In this document: positions 50,106 to 62,695 of the stretch, in pieces
Numbering within the stretch: position 1 is the first letter of the stretch
Layout: every line of letters begins with the position of its first letter
NCBI GenBank assembly: GCA_022605425.2
Contig: JAKIMF020000001.1
Span: 806,001-870,000 of the forward strand
From: Hamiltosporidium tvaerminnensis FI-OER-3-3
Lineage: Eukaryota; Fungi; Microsporidia
Length of the DNA stretch: 64,000 bases
Reading direction: 5' to 3'
Notes under the pieces: generated by a model
What the model saw: the letters and a program-made list of their open reading frames with translations, nothing else
Databases searched by the model: none
What the model was told of the DNA's origin: nothing
Made by a program: the position numbers and the translations under genes

Positions 50106-52002
50106 ACAGGAGTAGAACAGGAAACACCTAGAAGATTCTATTGGTTCAAAAAAAAACATTTAAAATAAATTTGTAAAATGCTTTATGAGAATTTAGCATT
50201 TAATAAGAATTACACAACAAATTTATTTTTTTAAATAATTATGTTTAAATCAACCATGGATGTAAATAAACTTGGACGAATTTTTTTAAAGCTGTTTTTC
50301 CAATATATTAGCAACAATAGAGTTGAGTTTATCTATACGAGCTTTCTATATGTGTAATTTATTTATTTCTTCACTAATATTTGGATAAAAAAATTATGGC
50401 TTTAGTTTTCTGATGAAATTTCATATTGAATAACAATAAAATATTTTAAATGAAAAAAAACCAGAAATTATATCACATATTAATTAAAGTACATCATGCC
50501 ATGCAGTAATATTTTCATCAGACAAAATAAATACTTCATACGAAAAAAACTTCAACGAACAGAAAATTATAATCTATGAAAATATGTGTTAAACGAACAA
50601 AGTAAACATAAAATGTCGATATGAACCTTTAAAAAAACATGAGATCAAAAAAGCAAAAAAGATCCTAGATTTCTATTATGAAATTGCTGGAAAAGGATAA
50701 AAATGCAGATATTAAACAGCAGAAGCACTGGAAAACCAAACAGACACAGATATGATATTTTAATGAAAATATTGAGAAATTACGGCTTATAAAATAGATT
50801 ATAAATTTATATCAACTTTATTTTTAATTTATTGTTAACGTAGAATTAAGTCCACTTGTAAGAGTTTAAAAACTAGTATAGTTACGTCTGATAAAATTTT
50901 TATTTTTATAATATTTATCTTACAGAAATGTAGACTAGCTACAAATTTCTCGTTTTTCACATTAAAATTCGATTACTTAAACTCTAACTATGTCTTTTAT
51001 TGGTTCAGATAAAAATAAATTGGATTTCTAACATTTATAATTTTTATCTTCGAAAAATATTTATTCATTTTGAACAACTTAATGGCATGTTAGCAATGAG
51101 CAAATACATATTTCTAGCCTTTTTTTATAAAACTTTTTTATGTCGCATGACATCAAAAATATTAATTGCATTCAAGAAATTCTTAATCTTAACGAAAATA
51201 GCATGCTTTCGATTTTTCTAGCATTGGAATTTCGTTTTTTATTATTGGAAGTTGCACGTCTATTTACAAGTCTGTTGAAAAAAACTACATATAAAGACCT
51301 ATTTTCTATAATCCCGACATACATAATATTAAAAGAAGCAATTGAAAAACTTCTATTCGTTCCTCCTTGCCTCTGAGAGGTAGATGAGGAACCGAATAAG
51401 TAAATAAATTTCAAAAAAACGTTTTTTTATAAAATGCATTTTAAAAAGTTTCTATATTTAAGGACCTATATAACTTTCAATGCCGTCGACAATATATCAA
51501 AAACAACTAAATATCAAACTCATTATTCACCGAAATATTTTTCTTCTTGTATACTTGTTAAATCAAATTAAGCAAATTTTTTTGGATTTTTGGCTAAATA
51601 ATTAGATTATGAGATAAGAGATTATTATAAAGATTTATATTTTACACAATATATTTGAAGTAAAGCACTTAAATTATTTAAAAATAAAACTATTTATTAA
51701 TCCATCGCTTATTAAATTCCATAATATCTATTTAATCGTAGAACCAGAAAAAGAACATAAAAAAATATAAATTATATTTGACAGATTGAATATCTTTTGG
51801 TTCGATTTGTTCATCTTAGAATATTTTTATGAAAAAAAACGCTTCTATTTTTGCCAAATAAACCAATTAAACAAATTGCATTTAAAATAGAATATATTAG
51901 ATACAAATCGGTGTAAAATTTGCGCCGAAATAGTTCTATTTCTCAATTAATTACAAATATAGTAAATTATAAAGCTATATATATGTAAGAAATTTCAATA
52001 TT

Positions 52003-53524
52003 ATGCGATTTTCGAAAAAGCAAAAGTTCTTTTTATTAGCAGGTCTAGGTACCGCAGTATTTTGTGGAATACCAATAGTTATTTCGATATTTATAGATAG
52101 GAAAATGAGGAATCAACTTTTGAAAGAGTTTAACGACTTTAAAGAATTACCACTTACAAAAATTTTAAAAAATCAACTTAAAGATAATAATGATATTGGA
52201 TTTCCAAATTTCAAATTCAATGGGCCAGATGTGATTGGGATCTGCTATTCTTGTAAAGAAATCGCAAATATATTGACTTTTCTTCGTTTATTTCTAGAAG
52301 ATGCAGGAAAAAATGATGCTATTCAAAAAAAAACATAGCGCAAATGAAAAAATTGATTAAAAGCATTTCGACATTAAATTTAGTCCTAATACCTTATATA
52401 TTTTCAGTTGAGAAGTTCACAAACTTCAAAGATAAATATACTCCGGGGTTTTTGGCTCGTTTTGGGTTATTTATAACGAGAAATTCTTCTGAGATAAAAT
52501 TTGTTTATAAAATTGCGGCTCTATCGAAAGAATTAGTTGGTGAAATCAAACATTTCGGTTTTTTAAATGCAGATATAAATGATAAATCTATAAAACTTTC
52601 GTTGAGCGGATATTCACTAAAAGATGAAGAAAAAACTAACTGGATTTGTTTGGCAAATCAACAAATATTTCTGTTAAACATAAAGATACAAAAGAATTTT
52701 TCCTTTTTATTTTACACAAAGCTAATACATTTGATAAAAATAATATTTATGGTTCATTCCTTAAAAAATTACACCCAGATAATAGTTTACGAGAAGTAAT
52801 TGGAAATATGTTGAAAAATGTCATCGATTCAGCCAAACTACTTAGAGATATATTGCCCTTTTTCAGCAATAAGATAGAAGAATTACAGCAAAGATTAAAC
52901 CAAGTAATGTTACGCCTAAAAACAGATAAAAATTTGGATTGGGTTCAAGATGAAATAACTAAAAATATATTTTGGGTTTTCGAAATACTTGTGTCCACGT
53001 TCATAGAGAATGAAAATACTATATTGGAAATATTGAACGATACAAGGGCTGCTAAGGAAGTATTTAAAAAATTTCTTTCAACTCGACTTAAAGAGCCGAT
53101 TTTTTCAAAAACATTCGAAGAAATTGAGCGAAAAGATGAAGATCTTATGGATAAAAATTTAACAGCCTTGAGACATTTTCTAGTTGAATTCTCCAATAGT
53201 TATGCTGATAAAAAATTTGGTGCTAGTGAGGAATCCAATCTACATGAAAGTTTAAAATTTTTACGGAATAAGATATTAACAGAATTACCTAGGAATAAAG
53301 ATATTTTGAAGATTATAGGGGATTATATTCAAGTTTTTTTAGACAATTATGATAATTCCGAAGATGCAGAAGGTTCTGGTGCCAATGTTAGTTTTAATGC
53401 CTATGAAAGCTTAGGCCTTTCATCTAATACTGATGATCCTGATGAAATAAAAAATAAAATACTTTACGAGTTGGTAAGTGAAGGTATTTTATGTATGACG
53501 AGATTTTTGATGTGTTTTTATTGA
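52003..53524 (+). pseudogene. Paralog 2 of the membrane-anchored orphan family, two -1 frameshifts
   Basis: Three consecutive ORFs colinear with 46100-47554; shifts at the A9 run near 52325-52333 and near 52635-52645; may be homopolymer errors. Confidence 0.75.
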
Positions 53525-53989
53525 TTAAAGACGTTCATTTACTATTTTTATTCAAATATTTTCTAAAATTATCAAACGGAATATTAATAATAATTTCTAA
53601 ACAATAATATAAAATAGCAATTCTAATAGAAAAAGCTAGATCAAACTCTTTCAAAGTTAATATTGTCATGATTTTAATGCAAATACAAATATAATCTTAA
53701 AATTATCAATTATAGAGTACTCACTTTACTTACCAAGTTCAAAACCAATCAAAATAATATAAAATCTTAATTAAACAAATATATATTCATTCGTTTTTTG
53801 TTTAAAACATTATACTTTTTCGATGTTATATTGTTGATATGTGCGTATAAAATTAGATTGGAGTATGACATAGGTAATCTCTAGATCTATCAAATTACAC
53901 ACACGTTTATTAAATCTTTGTTTTCTTGGTTTTAATAAAGTTACATCACATGATGTAGGCGTATATCTAAGGATAAAAAGTCCATCATA

Positions 53990-54800
53990 CGCCGAAAAGT
54001 TTAACCTAGGAAATAAATAATCGATTATAACGAACAGAAAACTTTTAGCAAGCAAATTTATTAAAGAAAAAAATTGAATGGGATTTATATAAAGCTAAAA
54101 ATAAGGATATATTTGTATATATAATTCGTTGAAATGGTTTTAAAAGAGAAATCAGGCCAACTGTGTAATTATTATTTTGCTATATTCATTATAGAAAGAT
54201 ATCCTTAAAATCAGATAAAAATACACATAACAGTCAAAGAGGTAAGAGTGCAGATCATTTAGGAATTGGTTACGAAAAATATTGGAAATTTAACAACTCA
54301 TAAAAAAATGGAATCAATTTAATATATGCCTTTATTGAACTTTACTAAATATATATTCAGACTTATAGATCAAACTTTGATCAAAGAAGTTTAAGAAAAT
54401 CTTAAAAATGCATGTCAAACTATGAGTAATCAATTTTATAAAACTGATGCCCAAATTTGAAGTAAAAAATACAATATTTGTATTTTCGATAAGAAATTAA
54501 ATTTTATAAAACGTATTTAAGCTCAAATTACATGCAAGACTTTCTTACAAATCCTTGAAACAAAATATAAGGAACCGAGAGTATTAGCCAATGAGTTAGG
54601 TCTTATTTATAATTGTAGTATTATCCTACTTCCTTATGTGATAACCTGGAATGGCATTGTAACTAATATTATAATATTTATATTAAGAAGTTACATATAT
54701 CAAGTAAAGATAGAGGCATATAGACTATCGAATAGAACTAAAAAAAACAAATTATACGTATTTTAATAGATAAAGAAGATTTGAGCTAGGGCCCAAATGT
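53990..54800 (+). mobile_element. Decayed LINE fragment
   Basis: ttagccaatgagttaggtcttatttataa, ccttatgtgataacctgg, tagaggcata and ttttgctatattca match the LINE C-terminal region. Confidence 0.7.
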
Positions 54801-54962
54801 CGCTGAATGGATTATTGGAGAATTAAAATATTTCATACAAATATCATAGAGACACATGCGGATTATTCTATCATTAGAAATATCTAAAATATGGAGAAAT
54901 TACTTAAACTGTAAATATTCAAATATCGAATTTCTAAATTTTTATCGTGCAATTAGGGGTAA

Positions 54963-55248
54963 GGGTCTAGTAAAAACTCAAATTTTGACCAAATATAGGA
55001 AATAATGGCAACAAACCATAAAAAATCGACCAATAAAGCAAACCATAATATAAAACATAACCTAGCAGTCAAACAAACAACTCATTCTTGATTTTAAATC
55101 TTATACGCTATTTAGAGATACAAATAAAAATCAGGTTTTCTGATCCTGATTTCCTATTACGAGCAGTTTTTTTAATTCTACTGATACATAATAATATTCT
55201 TAAAAATAAACTACGATTGTTTTGCTTCTGAATTATTATATAGAACCC
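54963..55248. mobile_element. Possible decayed MITE
   Basis: Imperfect inverted termini gggtctagtaaaaactca / tgaattattatatagaaccc. Confidence 0.25.
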
Positions 55249-55481
55249 TCAATTTTTTTTATTAAAAAGTTTAAAGCATGCATTTATAATTTATTTGTTA
55301 TTTTACAAACCCTATCTTATTCATTTTTACAGTAAAATCTATTTTTATTCAATAAAAGTTTTCTCTCAGCAATTTAAAAATATTTTTAAGATTTAATTCT
55401 ACTTTAATAAAATAAGAAACAAAGATTAGCGAATATATGTGTTAATATCTTTTAAATTTCTATTGTACGATTACCCTAGAA

Positions 55482-58416
55482 ATGTCAATTGTTAGATTTA
55501 AAGCCCATCATTTCAGATCTCCAAATTATCGTTACACTAGTTTGAAACAATATTTAAAAAATATTTCTAATCACGTTTTATCTCGTATTGATGATTTCTT
55601 TGATTCTAATAATCCTTCTCGTACAGAAATGTCTGATTTTTTTGAAAATTTACAGAATTTATTTTTAAAAGCATCACAATTGATGAAAGTAATGGAATTT
55701 AAACGAGAAATATCAGAATCTACTAAAAAAATAGAATTTTTACAGCAAAGTAATGAAAGATTCATTATAAGTGCAGATAGGCTTGCATATATATTCGAAG
55801 AAATAAAAATGACATCTTCTTATATGTTTGATGTGAAATATGCTATTAAATCAATTTTCCAGCCAGAAAATCTTTTGCCAAAAGTTATCTACGATTTTAG
55901 TAGTTTTACGAGTCAGGATTTTAAAAAAAGACTTTTGGAATACAAAAAATCCGGTCAAAATAATTTTTACAAACAAAATCAACCCGAAAAGAAATTTAAT
56001 TATTTAAAATTTAAAAATGGTTTTATAGATTCAACAGATAAACAAAATATTCCTATAAATAGTGAATTATGCATAAATGAAATGGAAAGAATCGATTTGA
56101 ACAAAAAAAACTTTGAAGATAAAGAATTTTATAAAGAAGAAGCAGAACAAATAAATTTTAATAAAGATTCTTGTGAAATTAGTTTCGTAGATTCAAATAA
56201 AAACAATTTTAAATCCATAGAACTTCTTATTAAGATTTATTTGAAAAAAGAAGATATTTCATCTTTCGATTCATATTTTATAAAAGATGGAATTTTATTT
56301 TTAAAAGGAAATTATTTGACTTATAAAATGGCTTTATGTGGTGAAATAAACAACTGTGAATGGAAACTTCTTGATATTGAAACACATTTAAGAGATAAAA
56401 GAATAACAAATTTAATTGTAAATAATATCAATGGAATCGAATTAAAATTTGAAGAAGAAAATAAAAAAAAGAAATCTTTTAATTCTTTAATTTTATTTAA
56501 TAAAATTGTAGATGCAAATTATGAAGCTCGTAATTCGTATGAATGTATAAAAGAATATGTTAAGGGAACTTTTAATGATTTTTTTGTTTCTTCTTTTGAT
56601 TTCTATTTACATTGTTTTATCAAAGATATAATTTTTTATAAAGAAATTGAAATAAATGGAAAAAAGAAAAGAATTGAAAGCGATGCGATTTCTCTTTTTG
56701 AAAATACTGTCAAATCAGAAATAAAAAATACGATTGAAAAAGTTCAAGAGAATATTTTGAGGAGAAATAAAGATAGTTTTACAACATTTTCAAGATTTCA
56801 ATACAAATCTAAATGAAATTACAGAATATTATTCTCAGAATATTTATAAATCAGATTTTACTTCATTAAATGAATTATACCTTCATATTTATAAAACCAC
56901 AATTGAAAGGCATTTTTATGAATTTTTTATTCACCTTTCTGAACTTAAAAATTTAGAAATACAAAAAAATTATTCAGACAAACAATTTGGTGACAAAAAT
57001 ATTTTTTTAAAAAAAGATGAAAATTTTTGTTGTTTCAAAATTGAAAGTATAGAAGAAGAAATTTACATTAAAATATTTTGTGGACATAAGAAAAAAGAAA
57101 CTGATCTTCTTTTTGTTACATTGGGACCTGAAAATATTAATTATGAAAATAATTTTAGATTAAAAACAAATTCAGAATCTAAAATTAGTTTCAAAAATAT
57201 TTCTGTATTACTCGAGAAAAATACTGATTTATTTTTAATGATTTATACTTTATATCTTCAATTCAATGTAGAAATATTTTTAGAAAATGAGATTTTATTT
57301 ACAATAGAAAACACAATTAATGTAAAAATCGCTAATTTTATACAAATAAATTCTCTGTACATAAATTCTACAAAAATACAAATTATAAAGAACTTTTTAG
57401 ATTATAAAAAATTGTGTAACAAAATAATAATTTATTCTATGAATAAGAAAGGTATAAATTATTTAGAAGAAATAGATCAAAATATTAAACCAAAAAAACT
57501 TGGTGAAATATTAATTTATAGATATATTATAGATTCTTTAATTACTGTAAATAACGGATATTTCATTTTCACAATTACTTTTGAAAATGGAAAAATAAAT
57601 TTTTACAGTGAAAATGAAATTATTAATAAATGTGTTTCCTGTAAAATGGAACACGATGTTTCAACTTTATTGGAATATTTAGACGCGTTTTCATTATTTT
57701 TTATATTAAAAATTCCTATTAAAAATATTTATTGTAATTATATTACAATAAAGTTTAATAATTTTATAAAAGATTCAATTTTGATGAAAAATGAAAATAA
57801 GTTGGAATATTTCGATATTTTGAATTTAAACGAAACACATTTCAATTTAAATCCTGAAAATTTAAAAAGCTCTGTACTTTTGAGAAAAACAAAAGTTTCA
57901 AGTAATTTTTTTAATTTTCTTCCAACGTATAGCAAAAATTTTTTATTGATTAACGATAATTCAAAGTTTAATTTTATATTAAATTTAAAAGAACAAATTT
58001 TGAAAGATAAAATTGTAAGAATAGGAGTGTTTTTCAGAAATTATAAAAATATAATTTTTGATAAATGGTTTCTCAAATGTATAATGGAGGATTTATTGTG
58101 GGAAATTGTATTAATTAAAATAAATAAGAATATTGCAATGCCAAACAATAAATTATTGATGGATGAAAACAGTAATATTTATGATTATTTAATAAGTACA
58201 GCTTTTGCTAATGAAAATGCAAAAATTGAAAATGTAGTCTATATAAGATTTAATTTCTGTAAAGGAATTTTTAATGAATTGGAAACTTACGAATTGGAAT
58301 GTTTTTTCACACATATTTTAAATTATGATATAAATTATTTGAATTATTTACACATTCTTGTAGATTTAGAACAGATTAAGAATTTTCTTTTTAGAATTTT
58401 ATTAAGAAAAGAATAG
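55482..58416 (+). CDS. MED14: Mediator subunit Med14 (Rgr1)-like, extra base near 56760
   Basis: N-terminal F..SADRL.....MFDVKYAI resembles the Med14 domain; +1 frame open from 56761 into ORF 57121-58416, giving ~977 aa; CCC upstream. Confidence 0.6.
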
Positions 58417-59379
58417 AAAAATATTTTTTTTTAAACTGTGAAAAAAGATGTGTATAATATACTTTTTATTTAACTTAAACTTTTTTTTGCGAATAATTAT
58501 TTTGAAGAGTTAGAATTTGTATTTTTTTAATTTATTTTCATGTGTCAGTATTATATTTACTGTTCATTTAAATTTTTTTTTGAAAATTATTACAATTTTA
58601 AAAAATAAAAATTAGATTTATTATATTTTTTTTCATAATTTAAATACAATTTAAATGTTCAAATTATATTCGAAAAATCGTTAAAATTCATTCTGATGAG
58701 CCATCTTTTTAACAATCAATTTAATATATTATAGTTTTTCTTTACGTTATTTCTTTGGTATTACATTTTAATTAGAATCACACTATTTTCAAACTGAAAA
58801 ATTTAACTGTCCCAAGAAAACTTTGATATTTTCCTTGAAAGAAAAATTTGTCATAAATCACATGGCAATAATGAATAGGATTAAAAAAAAAGAATATCTA
58901 ATATTATAAAATATCTACATTAAGAAATTCAAGATAATTTATTAGTTTAAAGTAATTAAAATCTTAAGAGTATTTTACAAGTACTTATAAGAAGATCACA
59001 ACAAATAATTATTAACTCCTGAAAATTAGTTTAGTAAATTAAATAAGTAAATATTTTTAGATTATTAGAAGAACTCTGCTCGTAAATATTATGGATATAA
59101 ACCTTCTAATATTTAGTAACTCCTAATTTAAAGAATCAAATTTTAATTTTGTAAAAATCATATTTTGGTTTATTCGATAACTAATTATTTATTTTATATT
59201 AGAATTAGAATATTTGAAATATTTTTCTAAATTTCCGAGATAGTAAAAAGCGTTATTTATCAATTTGATTTACAATGTATTAAAGCTTACACGCATTTAT
59301 TTGAATTCACAAACTATGAAAATATCAACTTAAGATTTAATTTTTATAGGTCAAAACGAATTAGAATATAATTTATCTT

Positions 59380-59800
59380 GTTATTTACTTATTCCTGTCC
59401 GCTTTTGCTTCTCGGTGCAGAGAATGATCAGAGAAAACGACAAAGTATTCTGACACTGTTCAATGCTCTAACCCTTTCTAGATTTGTTCTTCTTTCTTGG
59501 AATGACAGTTTAGAAGAGGTAAACCAGGTTAGCATTACAACTTCTTATATTTTTTCGGTGAAAAGCCTCTCTTTTATGTTTGTGATTCATAGTCCTAATC
59601 CTACGGTAGTTGATTGATTTTTGAGATAGTCCTTTGTTTTTAATGATTCCTTTAATCTGATTTCATTCGGATATACAGGGAATTGACCCATAGAACAGGT
59701 GCTGTTCATATCCTACCAAAGCACCAAACAATGATTTTTACACGAATTTCATACTCGTTGCCAAGTAGATAGTTTAGGATGTAATTATCATATCTCAACA
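59380..59800 (-). mobile_element. Short retroposon, family B: family-A head joined to a different body and tail
   Basis: 59685-59800 matches the family A end (cccatagaacag, ccaaacaatgat, actc.ttgccaag.aga); the remainder aligns to 63530-63990 and ends gcaccgagaag...aataagtaaa. Confidence 0.55.
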
Positions 59801-60439
59801 AATATTTAAAAAAAAGCTAATCTGTCATTTATTTGGACTATAAAAGTATTGGATTTACTAATATTTAAGCAATAATATAATCATGAATCAAGTCGTTGGT
59901 TTGTTGTTTTTACTATATTAAAATTTTCTTACAATATAAATAATTGATTACATGATTTAGTTAATCACTTTATATTAAAAAAAACTTAGCTCAAGCTTTT
60001 CCTTCACAATAAAATGGCATTTAAATTTTTTATAGAAAAAAGAATAACTTTGAATTTTAAAAATAGTAAAAGAGAATGTATTTGATTTTTAAAATAATCT
60101 TTTAGTTATACCCAAAGTGTTTTTTTACTTTATAATAGAATACAATAGAGTTCCTTAATCAAAACTTTACCTTATTTAATTCAAAATATTTAGCTTAACA
60201 AATTGTTATTGTTTTTATTTATACTTTATTCTATAATATTTTGGTTAGATTTTATATCTGGTTTTTCTTTTATATCTTAAAAATTTCCTTATTTCTATCT
60301 ATTTTATACTTTAAAAGAAGTTTAATAATTTGATTTATTTTTGCCTGCAAATTTTCGTCATTGGATGTAATTTTAGACAAACAATAAATTGTTATTAAAT
60401 GTTTTGAGACGGCTCTGTATTCTCTTAATGTCCTAATCC

Positions 60440-60725
60440 GTAATTTTCATAGATCTAAGCATCATTGGCAATCAAAAAAATCTATAACTAGATAGGTAAA
60501 TAAGCTAGAATGACCATTTGTTTATATTCTTATGAGTATATGGCTCCTATGGTGCATATTATAATATTTTGTCACAATACCGTCTCAGGTTATCACATAA
60601 GGAATTATCTCAACACTACATTTATAAATTGGCCAAGTATGCCCCAATATGTTGTAGTTTTTTTTAGCTTTTATATTTCAACAATTTGAAGCGAATCTAT
60701 TCTTGTGAAGTAATTTTAATGAGAA
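60440..60725 (-). mobile_element. Decayed LINE fragment
   Basis: tattttgtcacaataccgtc.caggt.atcacataagg.attatctcaacactaca matches 15561-15617. Confidence 0.8.
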
Positions 60726-60855
60726 ATTTTTGATTTAAAAAAAATCAAATAAAAGAATCTACACTTTAGAACGAAGGGGTATTTGCTAAAAATATTTAAA
60801 TTGTAAAAAAACAATTAAAGGAAGAAAAATAGGACCACCCTTTTCTAAAAATATA

Positions 60856-61137
60856 ATGAAAAATTTAACACAATTAATTTCAGAAGTAGAAAATATTCTC
60901 TTATGTCCAATTTGTCTTAATATTTTGGAAAAACCTTTGAAACCGAAATGCGTTCATTATTTTTGTGAAAAATGTATTAAAATGGCACACAGATTAAAGA
61001 AAGAATGTCCTGTTTGTAAGGAAAAAATTACAGGGAATATTTTATATTCCTGTCCCAATATGAATAAAATACTTCAAATATATAAAATTTTAGTTCAAGA
61101 AACCAATGAAGAATCTGAATTCCCAGATATTTTATGA
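60856..61137 (+). CDS. C3HC4 RING finger protein (BRCA1/RAD18-like N-terminus)
   Basis: CPIC...CVHYFCEKC...CPVC; CCC upstream; 3' end uncertain. Confidence 0.85.
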   Translation: MKNLTQLISEVENILLCPICLNILEKPLKPKCVHYFCEKCIKMAHRLKKECPVCKEKITGNILYSCPNMNKILQIYKILVQETNEESEFPDIL

Positions 61138-61304
61138 TTCAAATTATATTTTAATGAACAGAATTATGACTACGAACACTTTTATTCTATTCTTAAAGTA
61201 TTTTCTGATTTTTTCATGACTAATTCATTACGCTTCTTTTTCATAAAATTATTCAAAAAGGAAAAAAATTTGAATTTTTAAAAAATTGAATGTCCACCCC
61301 ACTA

Positions 61305-62291
61305 ATGCAACCACCAAAATCAGTTAAAGATCTTGCCAGAAAGACACAACAAGATATTACTTTTGATGTTCCTGTTTCTGGTCATAACTTTGAAAGCGAT
61401 ATGGATTTACAAGAATTTATAAAATATTTTTCGAATACTGGATTTCAAGCTACAAATATTGGATTGGCTATTAAGGAAATTGAAAAAATGAAAAACAGCA
61501 AAATTTTTTTTGGCTGCACCAGCAATATAATAAGTTCTGGATTGCGTGATATTATTAAGTATCTGATAAAAAATAAATTTATACAAGTTTTTTGTACAAC
61601 GGGTGGAGGAATTGAAGAAGATATTATAAAAACTTTCAATCCAACATTTTTAGCATCTTTCAATATAAAAGGAAGCCATCTAAGAGATAGTGGATATAAC
61701 AGAATAGGAAATCTTGTAATTCCAAATGAAAATTATGAAATATTTGAAAAATGGCTTGTTTCGCTCGTTGATGAAATTACAGAAGGATATTCACCAGAAA
61801 ATCCGTTAATACTTACACCTTCAAAACTCATAAAAATATTTGGAGAAAAAATTAATCATCAAGATTCAATTTTGTATTGGGCCAGTAAGAATGGAATAAA
61901 TATTTATTGTCCTGGAATTACAGATGGTTCGATTGGTGACATTTTGACTTTTCATCCAAAAAGAGAATGCCTTAAATTAGATGTAATTGAGGATATTTAT
62001 AATTTAAATCGAGAAGCATTTTTTCAAAAAAGCACAGGAGCTATTATACTTGGATGCGGAATAATTAAACATCAAATTTTAAATGCAAATCTTTTTAGAA
62101 ATGGATTAGATTTCTGTGTTTTGGTGAATACTGCAGAAGAATATAACGGTAGTGATGCAGGTGCTTCTATAGAAGAGGCTATAAGTTGGGGTAAAGTTGT
62201 TCCAGATAATACAGCGGTTAAGATATTTGGTGATGCCACTATTATCTTTCCAATTTTAGTTGCCGGTTCTTTTTATAAACAAAATAAATAA
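61305..62291 (+). CDS. DYS1: Deoxyhypusine synthase
   Basis: TGFQATN, TSNIISSGLR, TGGGIEED, NRIGNL, TDGSIGD, GSDAGA..EAISWGK; start placed at the in-frame ATG after CCCC (alternative start 61290). Confidence 0.96.
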   Translation: MQPPKSVKDLARKTQQDITFDVPVSGHNFESDMDLQEFIKYFSNTGFQATNIGLAIKEIEKMKNSKIFFGCTSNIISSGLRDIIKYLIKNKFIQVFCTTGGGIEEDIIKTFNPTFLASFNIKGSHLRDSGYNRIGNLVIPNENYEIFEKWLVSLVDEITEGYSPENPLILTPSKLIKIFGEKINHQDSILYWASKNGINIYCPGITDGSIGDILTFHPKRECLKLDVIEDIYNLNREAFFQKSTGAIILGCGIIKHQILNANLFRNGLDFCVLVNTAEEYNGSDAGASIEEAISWGKVVPDNTAVKIFGDATIIFPILVAGSFYKQNK

Positions 62292-62695
62292 AAAAATCTT
62301 TTGAATAACGAATTCTTAAAAAAATTTAATTTTTAGTTAAAATTTAAATTCAATATTACAGTTCAAAGACCGTTTTTTGCTTCTTCTAACAAAATAAATG
62401 TTAAATTTATTGTAATTTTTTAAAAAAAGAAACTGTCATAAGACTTTACATTATTAGAATCAAAGTAGCAATTAAATTTAAAAGTTGGAATAGTGAATTA
62501 AATAAAATTAAAAAAAAGATAGAAATTGAATTTTACTAGTAAAAATATATTTTTTGATTTTATTTTTAAAAAGCAAAGAGAATAGAAAGGGAATAATTTT
62601 GGAAAATAGAATTTATTTTAATTAAAAATTTATATTCCTGTATATTTTTTTTAAGGAAATAGAACATAAATTATAGAAAGGAACCGAATTTAAAG

